Virus record (IMG/VR): IMGVR_UViG_3300028196_001473
Source: a virus
Direction: 5' to 3' (one strand)
DNA: 64,000 nt
Shown here in pieces: positions 10,501-18,430 of this stretch (positions within the stretch are counted from its first letter, which is position 1; each line of letters opens with the position of its first letter). The notes beneath the pieces are model-generated. The model was not told the DNA's origin, made no database searches, and was given only the letters and a program-made list of their open reading frames with translations. A program made the translations under genes and the position numbers.

Positions 10501-11431
10501 GGGTATAACTACGGCCACAGAAACAGTCACCGATAGTGGAAATGATAATTACTATGTTGATGGATTAAGTTTCGATACTAGTACTGGTGTTCTTACGGCG
10601 AGTGTGAATGGGGCAACTGATCAGACAGTCGATTTAGACGGTAGATATGCATATTCATCTCACGACCACAATAGAATTACCGAGAACTCATCAATTACGT
10701 TCGGTACGGGTCAATTCCAATGGATGGATCAGAGTGGTGCGGGAGGTACAGGTATGAATGGTGAGGCACCACAAAACCCAAATACTGATTGGCACCACCA
10801 AATAATAATGAACCACGCAAATAGTGCTGGTTACTATGTACAAATGGCGTTTGATTTCCATGATGACCAAGTATGGTTCCAAAGAATGGAAAATGGTTCA
10901 TTAGAGGGTTGGAGAGAATTTATACACTCAGGAAATATTGGATCCCAATCAGTGAGTTACGCATCCACAGCGGGATCAGCAGATATGATTGATGGTGTCG
11001 CATTTAGAAACACAAATTCAGGTGCAGGGATTGATGCGGACTCCTTAGATAGTGCGGGTATCACATACTACACAGGTGGTGTGACAAACTTCTCAGGTAA
11101 CGCAACTGACGGAGCACTCTACTCACAAATATATAGTTCAGCATGGCAACATCAAATTGCGGGTGACTATAGAAGTGGACGAATTGCGGTTAGAGGTAAA
11201 AATAGTGGTACTTGGCAATCTTGGAAAAAGATACCGGCGGTTAATGTTTCTACATTCAGTAATGTGGGTACCGTTACTTTTACCCATGGTTTAGGAACCG
11301 ACAACGTGATTGTACAGGTATATGATAGTAATGGTGATTTATTTTTCCCTTCGGCAATAAATTCTTTAAATGGGGTGGTTGTGGTTAAATTTGAAACAAG
11401 TAGATCAGGAAGAGTAGTCGTAACAGGATAA
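1514..11431 (+). CDS. Giant modular tail fibre / receptor-binding protein (3305 aa)
   Basis: Gly/Ser/Thr/Asn-rich; coiled-coil repeats RLDSLETKTGSL; cupredoxin-like module; recurrent TAYGWGDH and TTGATFNxGNG...DGR linkers; knob-like modules ending in WxxWxxxxHSG. Confidence 0.85.
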   Translation: MNIFDPHITGSLSVSASAEIQGDLTVQGTIYGTAQIDGSVDNAISASHAASYLLTSSFNDYKNTAATTGSNVFIGDQTISGSLLPQGTLTHDLGSDTKRWNDIYLAGSTIDLGGTKITKNSDGDVQLHDSGNTLKRLIASEIELGHGSNKKVLKVNNGRLKLMATNDSDEELAQLSGSFTGSFRGDGSGLINVPASGVTGLSLDRIASTTATASISSDSLITNVSIIPSITNTIDLGAPDKEWRDLYLSSGSLYINGQQVLSTTGTELRVTTDSGESIKILETGSDTITLQTVDGDITLSSSGTGNIELDAPIQITAGNKVISSDGNSIVFGNGLIVTGSIDLTGTVDGVDISLLKTDVDAILDSSDADKNSFAEIVGLINSVDTTNDEAFAAHYTASNNRFTSLETTSGSHDGRLDLLETFTGSVDGTMRSDFNTHTASNDSTNTTQNSRLSSLETKSGSLTTDIKSKLNTENVVSGSEFVLNSTSPITQYVDVTVTASGGVYYIDGVEQQIVSLAKGLVYRFDVSHSSNSGHPFRFSLTNNSQYTDGVTVNGTEGLSGAYVQIVVNQDTPQTLLYYCTNHNGMGNKVFVGGAGDTDSITEGTTNLYYTDDRVKTKLNTETVISSSIQVDITGTTNYNLVDGRLDSIESFTASIDDTYATDTDLTTLRGDLNTYTSSNDSTNITQNSRLGSLETTSGSHDGRLDSIESFTASIDDTYATDSDITNLRGDLNTYTSSNDSTNTSQNNRLGSLETKTGSLNTDISNLRGDLNTYTSSNETDKQNLSGRIDSLETKSGSLSGDISTLDGRVDSLEVVSGSQKTKLGEHKNRLDSLETKTGSLEGDISTLNGDISTLDSRVDSIETKTGSLSTDVSNLGNRVDALEEFTSSIDDTYATDTDVTTLRTDLNTYTSSNNTTNSNQDLRLVSLETESGSIRTTFNSYTSSNDSTNTTQNNRLNSIETTSGSHDGRLDSLETKTGSLNGDITGLDSRLDTIEGGLEFTGSNVTIKGDLLIKGTETRVDSTTVEIGDNIISLNGSGAQNAGIEVRDNTSPDLLSGSLIWDGQTNYWKGGQKGSEERLLDNTDLTTLDSRLDGIEAETGSYLTDYNNEYTTGATFNSGNGVITFKRNDGDTFTVDIDGRFLDTRAQVHSELYSTNGDANDYTEFGIYRNFASNGPISGHNTILHVSQTDGNYGFQLGGSTLVNGDGLYFRNFAGTNTITGSTWYHIATRDWVGDQNYLTDYNDEYTTGATFNSGNGVITFKRNDGDTFTVDIDGRYLTSYSETDTLDSVVARGNTTSRGITLGSGSPWAPLVINASAGESSANAGVAIALDGTDYSEYGYRFKANGSNYYQVLYDGSAINWKHYNSGYTTKMSLSNGGNLTATSFIKSGGTSSQFLKADGSVDSNTYLTQHPPIASPASSNNSGRTYIQDILLDGNGHVTGLTTATETVTDSGNDNYYVDGVEFNLSTGVFTASVNGSTNQTVDLDGRYVKLGGDTMTGTLTVPTVQMGNASFGRSGDQNHVHFVGTALIPNTSTTASNSNMGTSTYRWKGVYGGLGDFSGVVTASGGNSGNWNTAYGWGDHSTEGYITGYSEVDTLDSVTDRGATTSNIITVGGVNLNDGNSIIEEAAGNAFRFKTSTGYIDIGSKNSGWIHFEGNKPFYFGTSSTVFDGDVRPYTNNTRSLGSSSYRWSGIYANGGDSSQWNTAYGWGDHSTENYLKEYNDEYTTGATWNGGTGIVTFTRNDGDTYSVDISSALTEVTVTGGTYNDGNQTLTLTKSDGTTVEVTGFALDNTNNFTTGATFNTGNGIITGTRNGGDTWTVDIDGRYLPLDGGTISSSNTYSLKLENSSNGLGTGIEFSDNPGTGTQRAYITHYHGDGSSYGSGASIVLSTNQPTMTILADGKLMYKEGIYSKPATGTGAGTRKDTNWDTAYGWGDHSQVGYITGFTNTNEFTTGATFNTGNGIITFTRNNGGDTFNVDLDGRYALSSHNHDDRYFQDNKGSISLTGGNPFDDSKTETRVTGSGSYVINYTGASAHLFSSNVGGSASMFQIGAHYNGSDFYMRTRTDSSTWQTWKQLWHSGDFSSTNISQWNTAYGWGDHSVAGYTGDQDLSGYLLNTTDTFTGSLTVNGDIRGAGQHLILNAGESYAYATGQGNEYVYINAEQGLEVNSETGNWSGGWAARKTALLRGDLLRLDGEDLTKTNIQNFKTAYGWGDHSTEGYVKNDEYTTGATFNSGNGIITFTRNDGDTYTVDVDNRYLQLSGGSLSGNLNMTGTNPMIKFVPTGTNDGAGIRFNYTNNDGEMEFWTSDDYSEPFVWRAYDVGLDGTGNYQEWMKLYQKKLYIDGEELSKTNIQNFKTAYGWGDHNTAGYITGYTDTNEYTTGATFNGGSGTLEFTRNDGDTYSVSIASALIDVTVTGGTYNSGNQILTLTKSNGSTVDVSGFAVDTDVNWYTTSASFNTGNGIITGTHHGGTWTVAIDGRYGLKSLSENKTYTSGGNAVGSYLGGHYSAGGTEKPNSATFGSGKLKIAMLSNTNLGFGGSWNDVLWISAYNGGDVKGSHALVFDKYSTNVYVSDQSYDSASWGTGYQLWHTGHFQQSSINNWNTAYGWGDHSAAGYASGDFLLKSGGTMSGAINMNGSGINMVNGSISNVNHITIADPGPTEGIEWLGGNGFRIVESPNDLTTNSGGNLQFVKSSTRILTLGSNGQSEFTDKLTLTSSTSGSTIFDIQGTSGQLFSITDDLTGDLFAVSDSSGVPIFNVNASGAITIDPLGSLYVGNNKVINGSGNIEFDGPVTTSNQGRGIYWTGYDKEDTTDSSDTAHILHTSNSGGLSGSVIEIKSHNDATDGVNFVVNGNSAVRINGNIVVHAGNYTSYQQHPTITAATSSDNSGRTYIQDILLDGNGHVTGVTTATETVTDSGNDNDIDYISGATFDDATGVITGTGTGNAGFTVDIDGRYLTSESYTAHDNITAATSSNNSGRTYVQDILVDGNGHVTGITTATETVTDSGNDNYYVDGLSFDTSTGVLTASVNGATDQTVDLDGRYAYSSHDHNRITENSSITFGTGQFQWMDQSGAGGTGMNGEAPQNPNTDWHHQIIMNHANSAGYYVQMAFDFHDDQVWFQRMENGSLEGWREFIHSGNIGSQSVSYASTAGSADMIDGVAFRNTNSGAGIDADSLDSAGITYYTGGVTNFSGNATDGALYSQIYSSAWQHQIAGDYRSGRIAVRGKNSGTWQSWKKIPAVNVSTFSNVGTVTFTHGLGTDNVIVQVYDSNGDLFFPSAINSLNGVVVVKFETSRSGRVVVTG
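3437..4500 (+). repeat. Coiled-coil repeat region of tail fibre with DNA-level duplication
   Basis: Many RLDS(L/I)ET motifs; exact 38-nt repeat agaggtgatttaaatacttatacctcatccaacgattc at 3518 and 3695 (177 nt apart). Confidence 0.8.
5745..10560 (+). repeat. Three copies of a ~47-aa module SxNSGRTY(I/V)QDILxDGNGHVTGxTTATETVTDSGNDN
   Basis: Copies at about 5745-5885, 10140-10285 and 10410-10550 in the translation. Confidence 0.85.
6233..9355 (+). repeat. Seven TAYGWGDH linker repeats in tail fibre
   Basis: (WN/WD/FK)TAYGWGDH(S/N) at about 6233, 6622, 7299, 7787, 8136, 8582 and 9323. Confidence 0.85.
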
Positions 11432-11442
11432 AAAAGAGTTAA

Positions 11443-12582
11443 ATGATTAGAGAAAACGTAATAGTTAGTGGTTCACTTGACGTGAGTGGACAATTTATCA
11501 TACCAAGAGGTAGTAGAGGGGAAAGACCCACTTCACCTGAGACAGGTTCTATGTACTTAGAAGAATCTACAAGTGGTAGTTTCGTTGTTACATACACTGG
11601 TTCATCTAATTATGATGATGGTTGGGAACCCGTGGGTTCACAAGATACTGACAGAACAGGATTCAAATACAGACAAATAATAAACTATTCATATTTGGCA
11701 GGTGGATATAAGTCAGGTTCACCTTGGAAGAATGTACATAAAACAATTAACGCAACTGACCAAACATCTCACTTAGGTGAGTTATTAGATTACCCCGCAA
11801 ATTATACCTCAGGAGTATGTAGTAAGACTAAACTATTCTTATGGTCAACAAATACAGATGGTGGTCATAAAGGGGCTACCACAATACATTCAACTCACAC
11901 ATCTGGTATTGATATGGTGAATGAAACAACATACGCACACCAATCTAAGTGGGATTTATTAAATGCAAGGGATGATTGTGGAACTTTGTTTAAGGAAACC
12001 GAATTTGCATATGTTTTTGGTGGATCGGTAGCTACTGTAGAAAAATTTAATTTAACTAATGAGACAATGTATACCACTTATTATCCAGGTGGGTCACCTT
12101 ATGTTACAACAACATTATCCATTACGAGTACATTAGGTTCTTCAGGGTTTTCTGATGAAAACTATGGTTATGGGTATGGTTCTGAAAGTGGAAACAAATG
12201 TCACTTTGCTACTGATGTGTTCGAGACAAGGGCATCCTCATGGGCATCTAGTGGGCAACAGAAAGGGATAAGTTCTAAAGTTGGTAAAGGTTATTGTGGA
12301 AATGAAGGTACATATAATGGAGGTTACAATTTAAGAAGGTGGGACGTTTTCACTGAAACTAATATTGGTAATGTCCCTAAACCACATGCAAATTGTGGAG
12401 AAGAGAATTTCACATTAGGACAAGACCATCAATACATGTTAGCAACATATGATGGTACAGGTCAAACAAATACAAGTTGGAAATTCTCATATACGACAGA
12501 TACGGGTACGGTAAATCCTGCAGGGTTAGCACCAGGTGTTAACGCAGGTGCATCATCAGGACATTGTGGTTGGAGAAATTAA
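11443..12582 (+). CDS. Tail-associated protein, paralogue 1 (predicted beta-propeller-like)
   Basis: N-terminal VSGSL motif as in the fibre; shared blocks YSYLAGGYKSxSPWKNVHK, GISSKVGKGY, CGEENF, SSGHCGWR with the next two ORFs. Confidence 0.65.
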   Translation: MIRENVIVSGSLDVSGQFIIPRGSRGERPTSPETGSMYLEESTSGSFVVTYTGSSNYDDGWEPVGSQDTDRTGFKYRQIINYSYLAGGYKSGSPWKNVHKTINATDQTSHLGELLDYPANYTSGVCSKTKLFLWSTNTDGGHKGATTIHSTHTSGIDMVNETTYAHQSKWDLLNARDDCGTLFKETEFAYVFGGSVATVEKFNLTNETMYTTYYPGGSPYVTTTLSITSTLGSSGFSDENYGYGYGSESGNKCHFATDVFETRASSWASSGQQKGISSKVGKGYCGNEGTYNGGYNLRRWDVFTETNIGNVPKPHANCGEENFTLGQDHQYMLATYDGTGQTNTSWKFSYTTDTGTVNPAGLAPGVNAGASSGHCGWRN

Positions 12583-12583
12583 C

Positions 12584-12590
12584 TATTTAT
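12584..12590 (+). promoter_or_regulatory. Putative late promoter core TATTTAT
   Basis: In the 12-nt gap before ATG 12595; very close to the start codon, so uncertain. Confidence 0.3.
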
Positions 12591-12594
12591 AGAT

Positions 12595-13713
12595 ATGATA
12601 TTTGAAAATTTAGAAATTAGTGGATCATTAAGAGGACAAGGACCTACAAGACCTCCTTCAGGTTTGAAGGCGAGTAGACCATCTTCACCAGAAAACGGGT
12701 CCCTATATTTGGAAATGACAACCTCAGGTAGTTTTGATAATAGTTTCTTGATGGTTTATACAGGTAACGGAAACGATGGTGGATGGGAAAGAATTTCAAA
12801 TCAAAGTAATTTTGGTAAAACGAGTTTCAAGTACAATCAGATAATAAATTATTCATATCTAGCCGGTGGTTACAAATCAAGTTCACCTTGGAAGAACGTA
12901 CACAAAACGGTTAATTCAACAGATCAGACAACTCACTTAGGTGAGTTATTGGATTATCCTGCATCATATACCTCAGGAGCATGTAGTAGAACTATTTTCT
13001 ACGTATGGTCTGTTAATAGTGATGGTGCATGGAAGAGTGCGGGTAATGTACATGGTACAACCACATCAGCGGTAAATATGATAACTGACACCAACTATGC
13101 ACATACTGCGGCGATGGATACAACTATATCAAGAAGTGATTTAGGTACTATGCATAAAGAAACTGATATGGCATACCTTTTTAGTGGTGGTTCGGCAACC
13201 GTGGAGTTATTTAACTTAACCACGGAATCTTTACATACCGCATATACATTAACAACAATAAACGGTAGTGACGGTGCTTCCGCATTTTCAGATGAACTTC
13301 ATGGTTATGGGTGGACTTCAAGTGCTGGTGTTAAACTAAACTTCGCAACTGAAACATTTGCAACCTCGGATCGTTGGGGTAATCACTCACAACAGAAAGG
13401 GATTAGTTCTAAAGTTGGTAAAGGTTATGCTGGTAATGAAGGTTCTTATAATGGAGGTTACAACTTGAGAAGATGGAGTAATCAAACAGACACAAATATT
13501 GGTAACGTCGTGAAACCTGACGGAAATTGTGGTGAAGAAAACTTTACTATGGGTCAGGATTGGCAGTATATGTTAGGTAATTATAATGGTTTACAAAATA
13601 ATAATTCGTGGAAATTCACGTACGCAACAGACACAGGAACTACAAGTGTTACAGGTTTAAATCCCGCGGTAAACCCGGGGACTTCCTCTGGACATTGTGG
13701 TTGGAGAGAATAA
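12595..13713 (+). CDS. Tail-associated protein, paralogue 2
   Basis: Same conserved blocks; ends SSGHCGWRE. Confidence 0.65.
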   Translation: MIFENLEISGSLRGQGPTRPPSGLKASRPSSPENGSLYLEMTTSGSFDNSFLMVYTGNGNDGGWERISNQSNFGKTSFKYNQIINYSYLAGGYKSSSPWKNVHKTVNSTDQTTHLGELLDYPASYTSGACSRTIFYVWSVNSDGAWKSAGNVHGTTTSAVNMITDTNYAHTAAMDTTISRSDLGTMHKETDMAYLFSGGSATVELFNLTTESLHTAYTLTTINGSDGASAFSDELHGYGWTSSAGVKLNFATETFATSDRWGNHSQQKGISSKVGKGYAGNEGSYNGGYNLRRWSNQTDTNIGNVVKPDGNCGEENFTMGQDWQYMLGNYNGLQNNNSWKFTYATDTGTTSVTGLNPAVNPGTSSGHCGWRE

Positions 13714-13725
13714 AATAAAAAGAAT

Positions 13726-14841
13726 ATGATATACGAAAATATGTCCGTTAGTGGTTCACTTAAAGTGGACAGAGTCACTGCAAGACCACCAAAAGGTGTT
13801 AAGTCACAGAGACCGTCGAACCCATTATCCGGTTCTCTATTCTTAGAAGAATCATCCGAACACACAAATTACCTTATGGTTTATACAGGTGTTTCAAATA
13901 TAGAAAATGGTTGGGAACGAATATCGGCACAACAGAATGAAGGAACTAACTTTAAGTACAGACAAATAATTAATTATTCGTATATGGCTGGCGGATACAA
14001 ATCAAGTTCACCTTGGAAGAATGTACACAAGGCAACCAACGCAACCGATCAGACAACTCACATTGGTGAGTTATTAGATTACCCTGCAAACTATACTTCA
14101 GGTGCGTGTAGTAAAACTATATTTTATATGTGGTCCGTAAACACCGATAGTGCACACAAAGGACCAACAACCCTACATAGTAACACAACTTCGGCGGTTA
14201 ACATGATGACCGATACTAATTACGCACACCAATCTAACCACGACTTACAATATAGTAGGTCCGATTGTGGAACCATGTGGAAAGAACATGAGTTTGCTTG
14301 GATTTTTGCGGGTAACAGAACTGAGGTAGATAAATTTAATTTAAGTAATGAAACGACAATAACAAACTACGGGGTAACCTCGATAAGTAGTAGTGGTGGA
14401 GCGAGTTCTTTTTGTAATGAAACCCATGGATATGGATGGAGTACAAGTAGTATAAAAATGGAATTCTCTACGGAGACTATATCAAGTTCATCAAGTTCAT
14501 GGTCAGCACACGGACAACAAAAAGGTATTGCGTCTAAAGTTGGTAAGGGTTATGCCGGTAATGAGGGATCTTACCAAGGTGGTTACAATTTGAGAAGATG
14601 GGATACATCTACAGATACCAATATTGGTAATATTCCTAAGTTAAGATCTAATTCCGGTGAAGAAAATTTCGCAATGGGACAGGATTGGCAATACATGTTA
14701 GGTTGTTATGGTAGTAGTCTTCAAAATAACGATAGTTGGAAGATGTATTATCAAACAGACACAGGTGTTTTAAATCCGGCGGGTCTCCCACCAGCAGTGA
14801 ATGCGGGTACATCTTCAGGTCATTGTGGTTGGAGAGAATAA
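13726..14841 (+). CDS. Tail-associated protein, paralogue 3
   Basis: Same conserved blocks; ends SSGHCGWRE. Confidence 0.65.
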   Translation: MIYENMSVSGSLKVDRVTARPPKGVKSQRPSNPLSGSLFLEESSEHTNYLMVYTGVSNIENGWERISAQQNEGTNFKYRQIINYSYMAGGYKSSSPWKNVHKATNATDQTTHIGELLDYPANYTSGACSKTIFYMWSVNTDSAHKGPTTLHSNTTSAVNMMTDTNYAHQSNHDLQYSRSDCGTMWKEHEFAWIFAGNRTEVDKFNLSNETTITNYGVTSISSSGGASSFCNETHGYGWSTSSIKMEFSTETISSSSSSWSAHGQQKGIASKVGKGYAGNEGSYQGGYNLRRWDTSTDTNIGNIPKLRSNSGEENFAMGQDWQYMLGCYGSSLQNNDSWKMYYQTDTGVLNPAGLPPAVNAGTSSGHCGWRE

Positions 14842-14901
14842 TACCATTTTACACTTTATTTAATACTTTTTTATACTTATATTATAGTAAAATTTTATTA
14901 T

Positions 14902-15648
14902 ATGCAAGACTTTAAATACGAAAGAGATGGTGCAAACTCTAAACTCATAGAAATAGCGGAACAGGTATCATTTGCACTACCGAGATATAAGGCAGAGACT
15001 TTTGTTGGGGGAGCACAAATTACCCCATACGCAAAATTGAAACAGTGGTTACTTGAACTCAGAGGTCGTGAAGATGCGGTCGAACATTTAGAGTATACTG
15101 TACAAAAACAAGACTTAGAAATACAAATACAAGAGGAGAGTAAAGAATTTCTTACCGACCCTAAAAGAAAACAATTAGTTGACCTTAATATTGCGGATAT
15201 GAAGATTGACCTTAGAAAGTTTAAAAGAAACTTGAAGGACGCTTATATTGAGAGACAAGGGTTTATTGATCTAATAAAAGATTTCTTAAACACTGATGAT
15301 GCCAAATTACCTGACGGTTCTAATTTAATAGATGTCATAGGTAATAAAGATTTAGAAGATAAATTTGAACATGAGTATTGGACAGTCAGAATGGCAAAAC
15401 AAGCCATGTTAGATATGATATCGTATGGTAGAGTGGGTACAGGTAACTTAGATTCTATTTTAATGATGTCGGCCGAACAACAGAAACAAGTTTTATCACT
15501 TGCTTCCTCTTACACAGTATTTATAGATAAGAACATTAATCAACTAATGTCTAACGCGACCACAAATAGTTTCTCAATTGAAGAATCGTTGAGAAATCAA
15601 CTTAAGTTGGGTAAGGCAGATAAACCTGATACTGAAAAACTTTTATAA
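14902..15648 (+). CDS. Hypothetical coiled-coil protein in tail operon
   Basis: Central helical heptad-like region; TAATG coupling to next gene. Confidence 0.6.
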   Translation: MQDFKYERDGANSKLIEIAEQVSFALPRYKAETFVGGAQITPYAKLKQWLLELRGREDAVEHLEYTVQKQDLEIQIQEESKEFLTDPKRKQLVDLNIADMKIDLRKFKRNLKDAYIERQGFIDLIKDFLNTDDAKLPDGSNLIDVIGNKDLEDKFEHEYWTVRMAKQAMLDMISYGRVGTGNLDSILMMSAEQQKQVLSLASSYTVFIDKNINQLMSNATTNSFSIEESLRNQLKLGKADKPDTEKLL

Positions 15649-16388
15649 TGAGACATATTATTTTTAAAATAACTGGTGAAATACCTGGATACATCAGAGT
15701 TGTTGGATCCTACATGAATTATTACTACGGTCGTATTGAAGATATATATGATGACATGAGATTAGATTTGGATAAGTTTAATGCGTCTGTCATAACTGAG
15801 GACGTTGGAAAAGGTTTTATTTTTGCGGACATATATAAAAGTTATGTAAGTATAAGAACAAATTCATCAATGATGGATGAGGTACCTGTTTTAGCTGAGT
15901 CTTCAGAAACTGAAGAAGAAAAAGTTAAATACACACTTACAGATGAGGACAAACAATTGGGTGTTGATTTTAATAAGGCGGTTCTTCTAAAGGTTATTGC
16001 GGATAGATTCTTTACGAGGTATAAAGATCTTATGGTTGATACGTCTGATTTAGAGAAAGATACGTGGGAGGAACAGAAGAGAGAGGCGTTCGCATATCAA
16101 GAGAACAGTAACTACCCAACACCTGTGATAGATATACTTTCAAGTGGTAGGGGTATTGACAAACAAGTATTGGTGGATAAGATTATATCTAATGTTACAA
16201 CATATAACACAAAATTAGCAACACTACTTCTTGAACAACAACTTTTAGAAACAAAAGTTAAAAATTGTAACACTATAGCGGATTGTCACAGAGTAAGACA
16301 TGAGAAATTTGGTGTAGGTATGAGTAGACAACAAAAGATTGATGAGGAAATTGAGACAACCCCACTGACACTGAAGATAGATTTCTAA
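15648..16388 (+). CDS. Tail fibre assembly-like protein (DUF4376/Tfa-like C-terminal domain)
   Basis: Motif EKDTWEEQKREAFAY...PTPVIDILSSGRGIDKQVLVDKI matches the E..TW..Q..EA...TP....A..RG.....L..K pattern of fibre-associated chaperones. Confidence 0.6.
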   Translation: MRHIIFKITGEIPGYIRVVGSYMNYYYGRIEDIYDDMRLDLDKFNASVITEDVGKGFIFADIYKSYVSIRTNSSMMDEVPVLAESSETEEEKVKYTLTDEDKQLGVDFNKAVLLKVIADRFFTRYKDLMVDTSDLEKDTWEEQKREAFAYQENSNYPTPVIDILSSGRGIDKQVLVDKIISNVTTYNTKLATLLLEQQLLETKVKNCNTIADCHRVRHEKFGVGMSRQQKIDEEIETTPLTLKIDF

Positions 16389-16398
16389 AAATAACTAA

Positions 16399-17397
16399 AT
16401 GAATTTAGCAATAAATGGTACATGTGCTAAAGGTTGTTCGTTCTGTTTTACAAAAGAAGATGCAAGACTAAAACACACTCTTGGTGAAATGTCAATAGAA
16501 AAGGTTGGTGAACTACTTGACCACTTTGACGTAAAAGGTTCTAGAGAAGAGGTTACCATTTTAGGTGGTGAACCGACACAACATTCAAACTTTATTGGAC
16601 TAATGGATTATATAATCTCTAGAGGTTATAAAGTTAATCTTGTAAGTAACTTATTATTTGGTAAGAGAACATTAGATTACATAACCACTAATATAAGACA
16701 TATTCAATGGGTCCTACCTAATGGTGCGGAGTTAGATGAAAAGAATAGATTAAATCTATTTAAAAAGAATTATCTATCACTCTACACGGCGTATGCCAAT
16801 ACGTGGGGTTTTGAAGAAAATCCAAGATTATTCATTGCACTAACACTATCGTCAGATTGGAAAGAAAGAAAAATGTATGATTACATAAAGTGGTTGTACC
16901 ATGCGTTAGATGGTAAACTAAATGCAATAAGGTTAGGTTTAGATCTAACAGGTACCTATCTAATTAATAATAAGGAGATGGGTAAGGAGGTTACCAAGAT
17001 ACTTAAATTTGGAATGTACAACAATATAAGGGTTACATCCGATTGTCAAGTACCACCATGTTTATGGGAGGGTAAAACAAAAGAATCAATTATACAAAAC
17101 TCATTCGACTTCGCCACTTTTAAAGTAAAAGGGTACGATAAGATATGTGGGTTTATGCCATTAGATATTTTTCCTGATGGTTCATCTATTCATTGTTATC
17201 CTTTACAAGATAAAGTTAAGATAGATAATGTATTGAAAATTTCGGGAGAAAATAGTATATTAACTCTAAGAGATGAGTTCGACGACCTTTATAGAGATAA
17301 TCATAAAAATTATAAAATACCACAAGACTGTTTAGATTGTGTTTTTTACAAGACAGAATGTAATGGAATATGTGGGGGATGTTTAGAGAATGAGTAA
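16399..17397 (+). CDS. Radical SAM / SPASM-domain protein
   Basis: CAKGCSFC (CxxxCxxC), ILGGEPT, C-terminal CGF...DGSSIHC and CLDCxxxxxxCxxxCGGC auxiliary cluster motif. Confidence 0.9.
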   Translation: MNLAINGTCAKGCSFCFTKEDARLKHTLGEMSIEKVGELLDHFDVKGSREEVTILGGEPTQHSNFIGLMDYIISRGYKVNLVSNLLFGKRTLDYITTNIRHIQWVLPNGAELDEKNRLNLFKKNYLSLYTAYANTWGFEENPRLFIALTLSSDWKERKMYDYIKWLYHALDGKLNAIRLGLDLTGTYLINNKEMGKEVTKILKFGMYNNIRVTSDCQVPPCLWEGKTKESIIQNSFDFATFKVKGYDKICGFMPLDIFPDGSSIHCYPLQDKVKIDNVLKISGENSILTLRDEFDDLYRDNHKNYKIPQDCLDCVFYKTECNGICGGCLENE

Positions 17398-18430
17398 GAT
17401 TTTTTCAATACCGTTAAATCCAATGTTAAGTGAGCAAGCGTTCACACATGTATTCTACCCTTTTTTAAAGGAACATAAGGATTGGATTTATGATATATAT
17501 TTCACATGTAGGATACCACCATTTACTCAAGATGCGATGGGATCAATCATAGATGATAATGACAGAAACTCTGTTTTTGAAAATGCAATGATGATACAAG
17601 AATCGTTAGGAATAAAAGTAAGTGCAACTTTTAATAACTTTAACGTATCACCAAAGTATGAAAACTATAAACTCTTTATTGATAATTTAAAACCCCTTTA
17701 TGAGAAAGGGTTAAGGTCTATGACAATTCCTCATGGTCATTGGGTTGCTATGGGTCTAAAGGATCATTTTCCTGAGATGCATATTAAAAATACCATACTT
17801 AGGAAGGTTAATACTGCACAAGATTTTTGGTATTCCGCTGAACAAGGTTTTGATTATATTAATGTGGACAGAATACTAATGAGGGATGTGGAAGAATTGA
17901 AAAATATTAGAAGGGCACAACTGATGTTTCAACAGAAACACGGTAGGTATATTGAAATTGCATTACTAACTAATGAAGGTTGTTTAGGTAGGTGTCCCGT
18001 TATGGATGAACACTACTCATACAATAACTTAAGAAAACCAAACGAATTACCATACTTTCACCATGAAATATCTAAAGTAACTTGTGAACACAAATGGGAA
18101 GACGAGGTTGATGCATTCTTTTTTAAAACCGCAACAATTCCTCCATTCAAAGAGGAGTTTAATGAATACCTGAACCATGTTGACGTTTTTAAAATGCATG
18201 GTAGAGATAGTTTTGATAGACTTAACGAAACTATGGAAATTATTGAGTCATATTCCAAAGGTAAAGAGGTATTGTCGTCATCCTCTAAAACATATTTAGA
18301 TGGTGTACCATACGAAGAGTTGAGAGGGTGGAGAAAGAAAATTAAGAAATGTAAATTTCAGTGTTGGGATTGTAACTACTGTGATATAGTGTCGGAACAT
18401 AAAAAAAGAAAACTTAATGGATCTAATTAA
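17390..18430 (+). CDS. U32 peptidase-family-like Fe-S protein
   Basis: NEGCLGRC, TCEH, FKMHGR and C-terminal CKFQCWDCNYC; TIM-barrel-like pattern; overlaps upstream gene. Confidence 0.6.
   Translation: MSKIFSIPLNPMLSEQAFTHVFYPFLKEHKDWIYDIYFTCRIPPFTQDAMGSIIDDNDRNSVFENAMMIQESLGIKVSATFNNFNVSPKYENYKLFIDNLKPLYEKGLRSMTIPHGHWVAMGLKDHFPEMHIKNTILRKVNTAQDFWYSAEQGFDYINVDRILMRDVEELKNIRRAQLMFQQKHGRYIEIALLTNEGCLGRCPVMDEHYSYNNLRKPNELPYFHHEISKVTCEHKWEDEVDAFFFKTATIPPFKEEFNEYLNHVDVFKMHGRDSFDRLNETMEIIESYSKGKEVLSSSSKTYLDGVPYEELRGWRKKIKKCKFQCWDCNYCDIVSEHKKRKLNGSN

Noticed and set aside
1647-10901. Short alternative-frame and antisense ORFs inside the fibre gene (e.g. 2032..2670, 3829..4170, 4237..4710)
   Set aside because: Shadow ORFs expected from codon bias of a repetitive gene; no starts or motifs
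1514-11431. Many D-(S/T)-hydrophobic Bacteroidota O-glycosylation sequons in the fibre
   Set aside because: Expected from the Asp/Ser/Thr-rich composition; the host system is periplasmic whereas fibres assemble in the cytoplasm
1514-14841. Diversity-generating retroelement acting on the fibre or the three paralogues
   Set aside because: No reverse transcriptase in the window; differences between repeats are not adenine-specific
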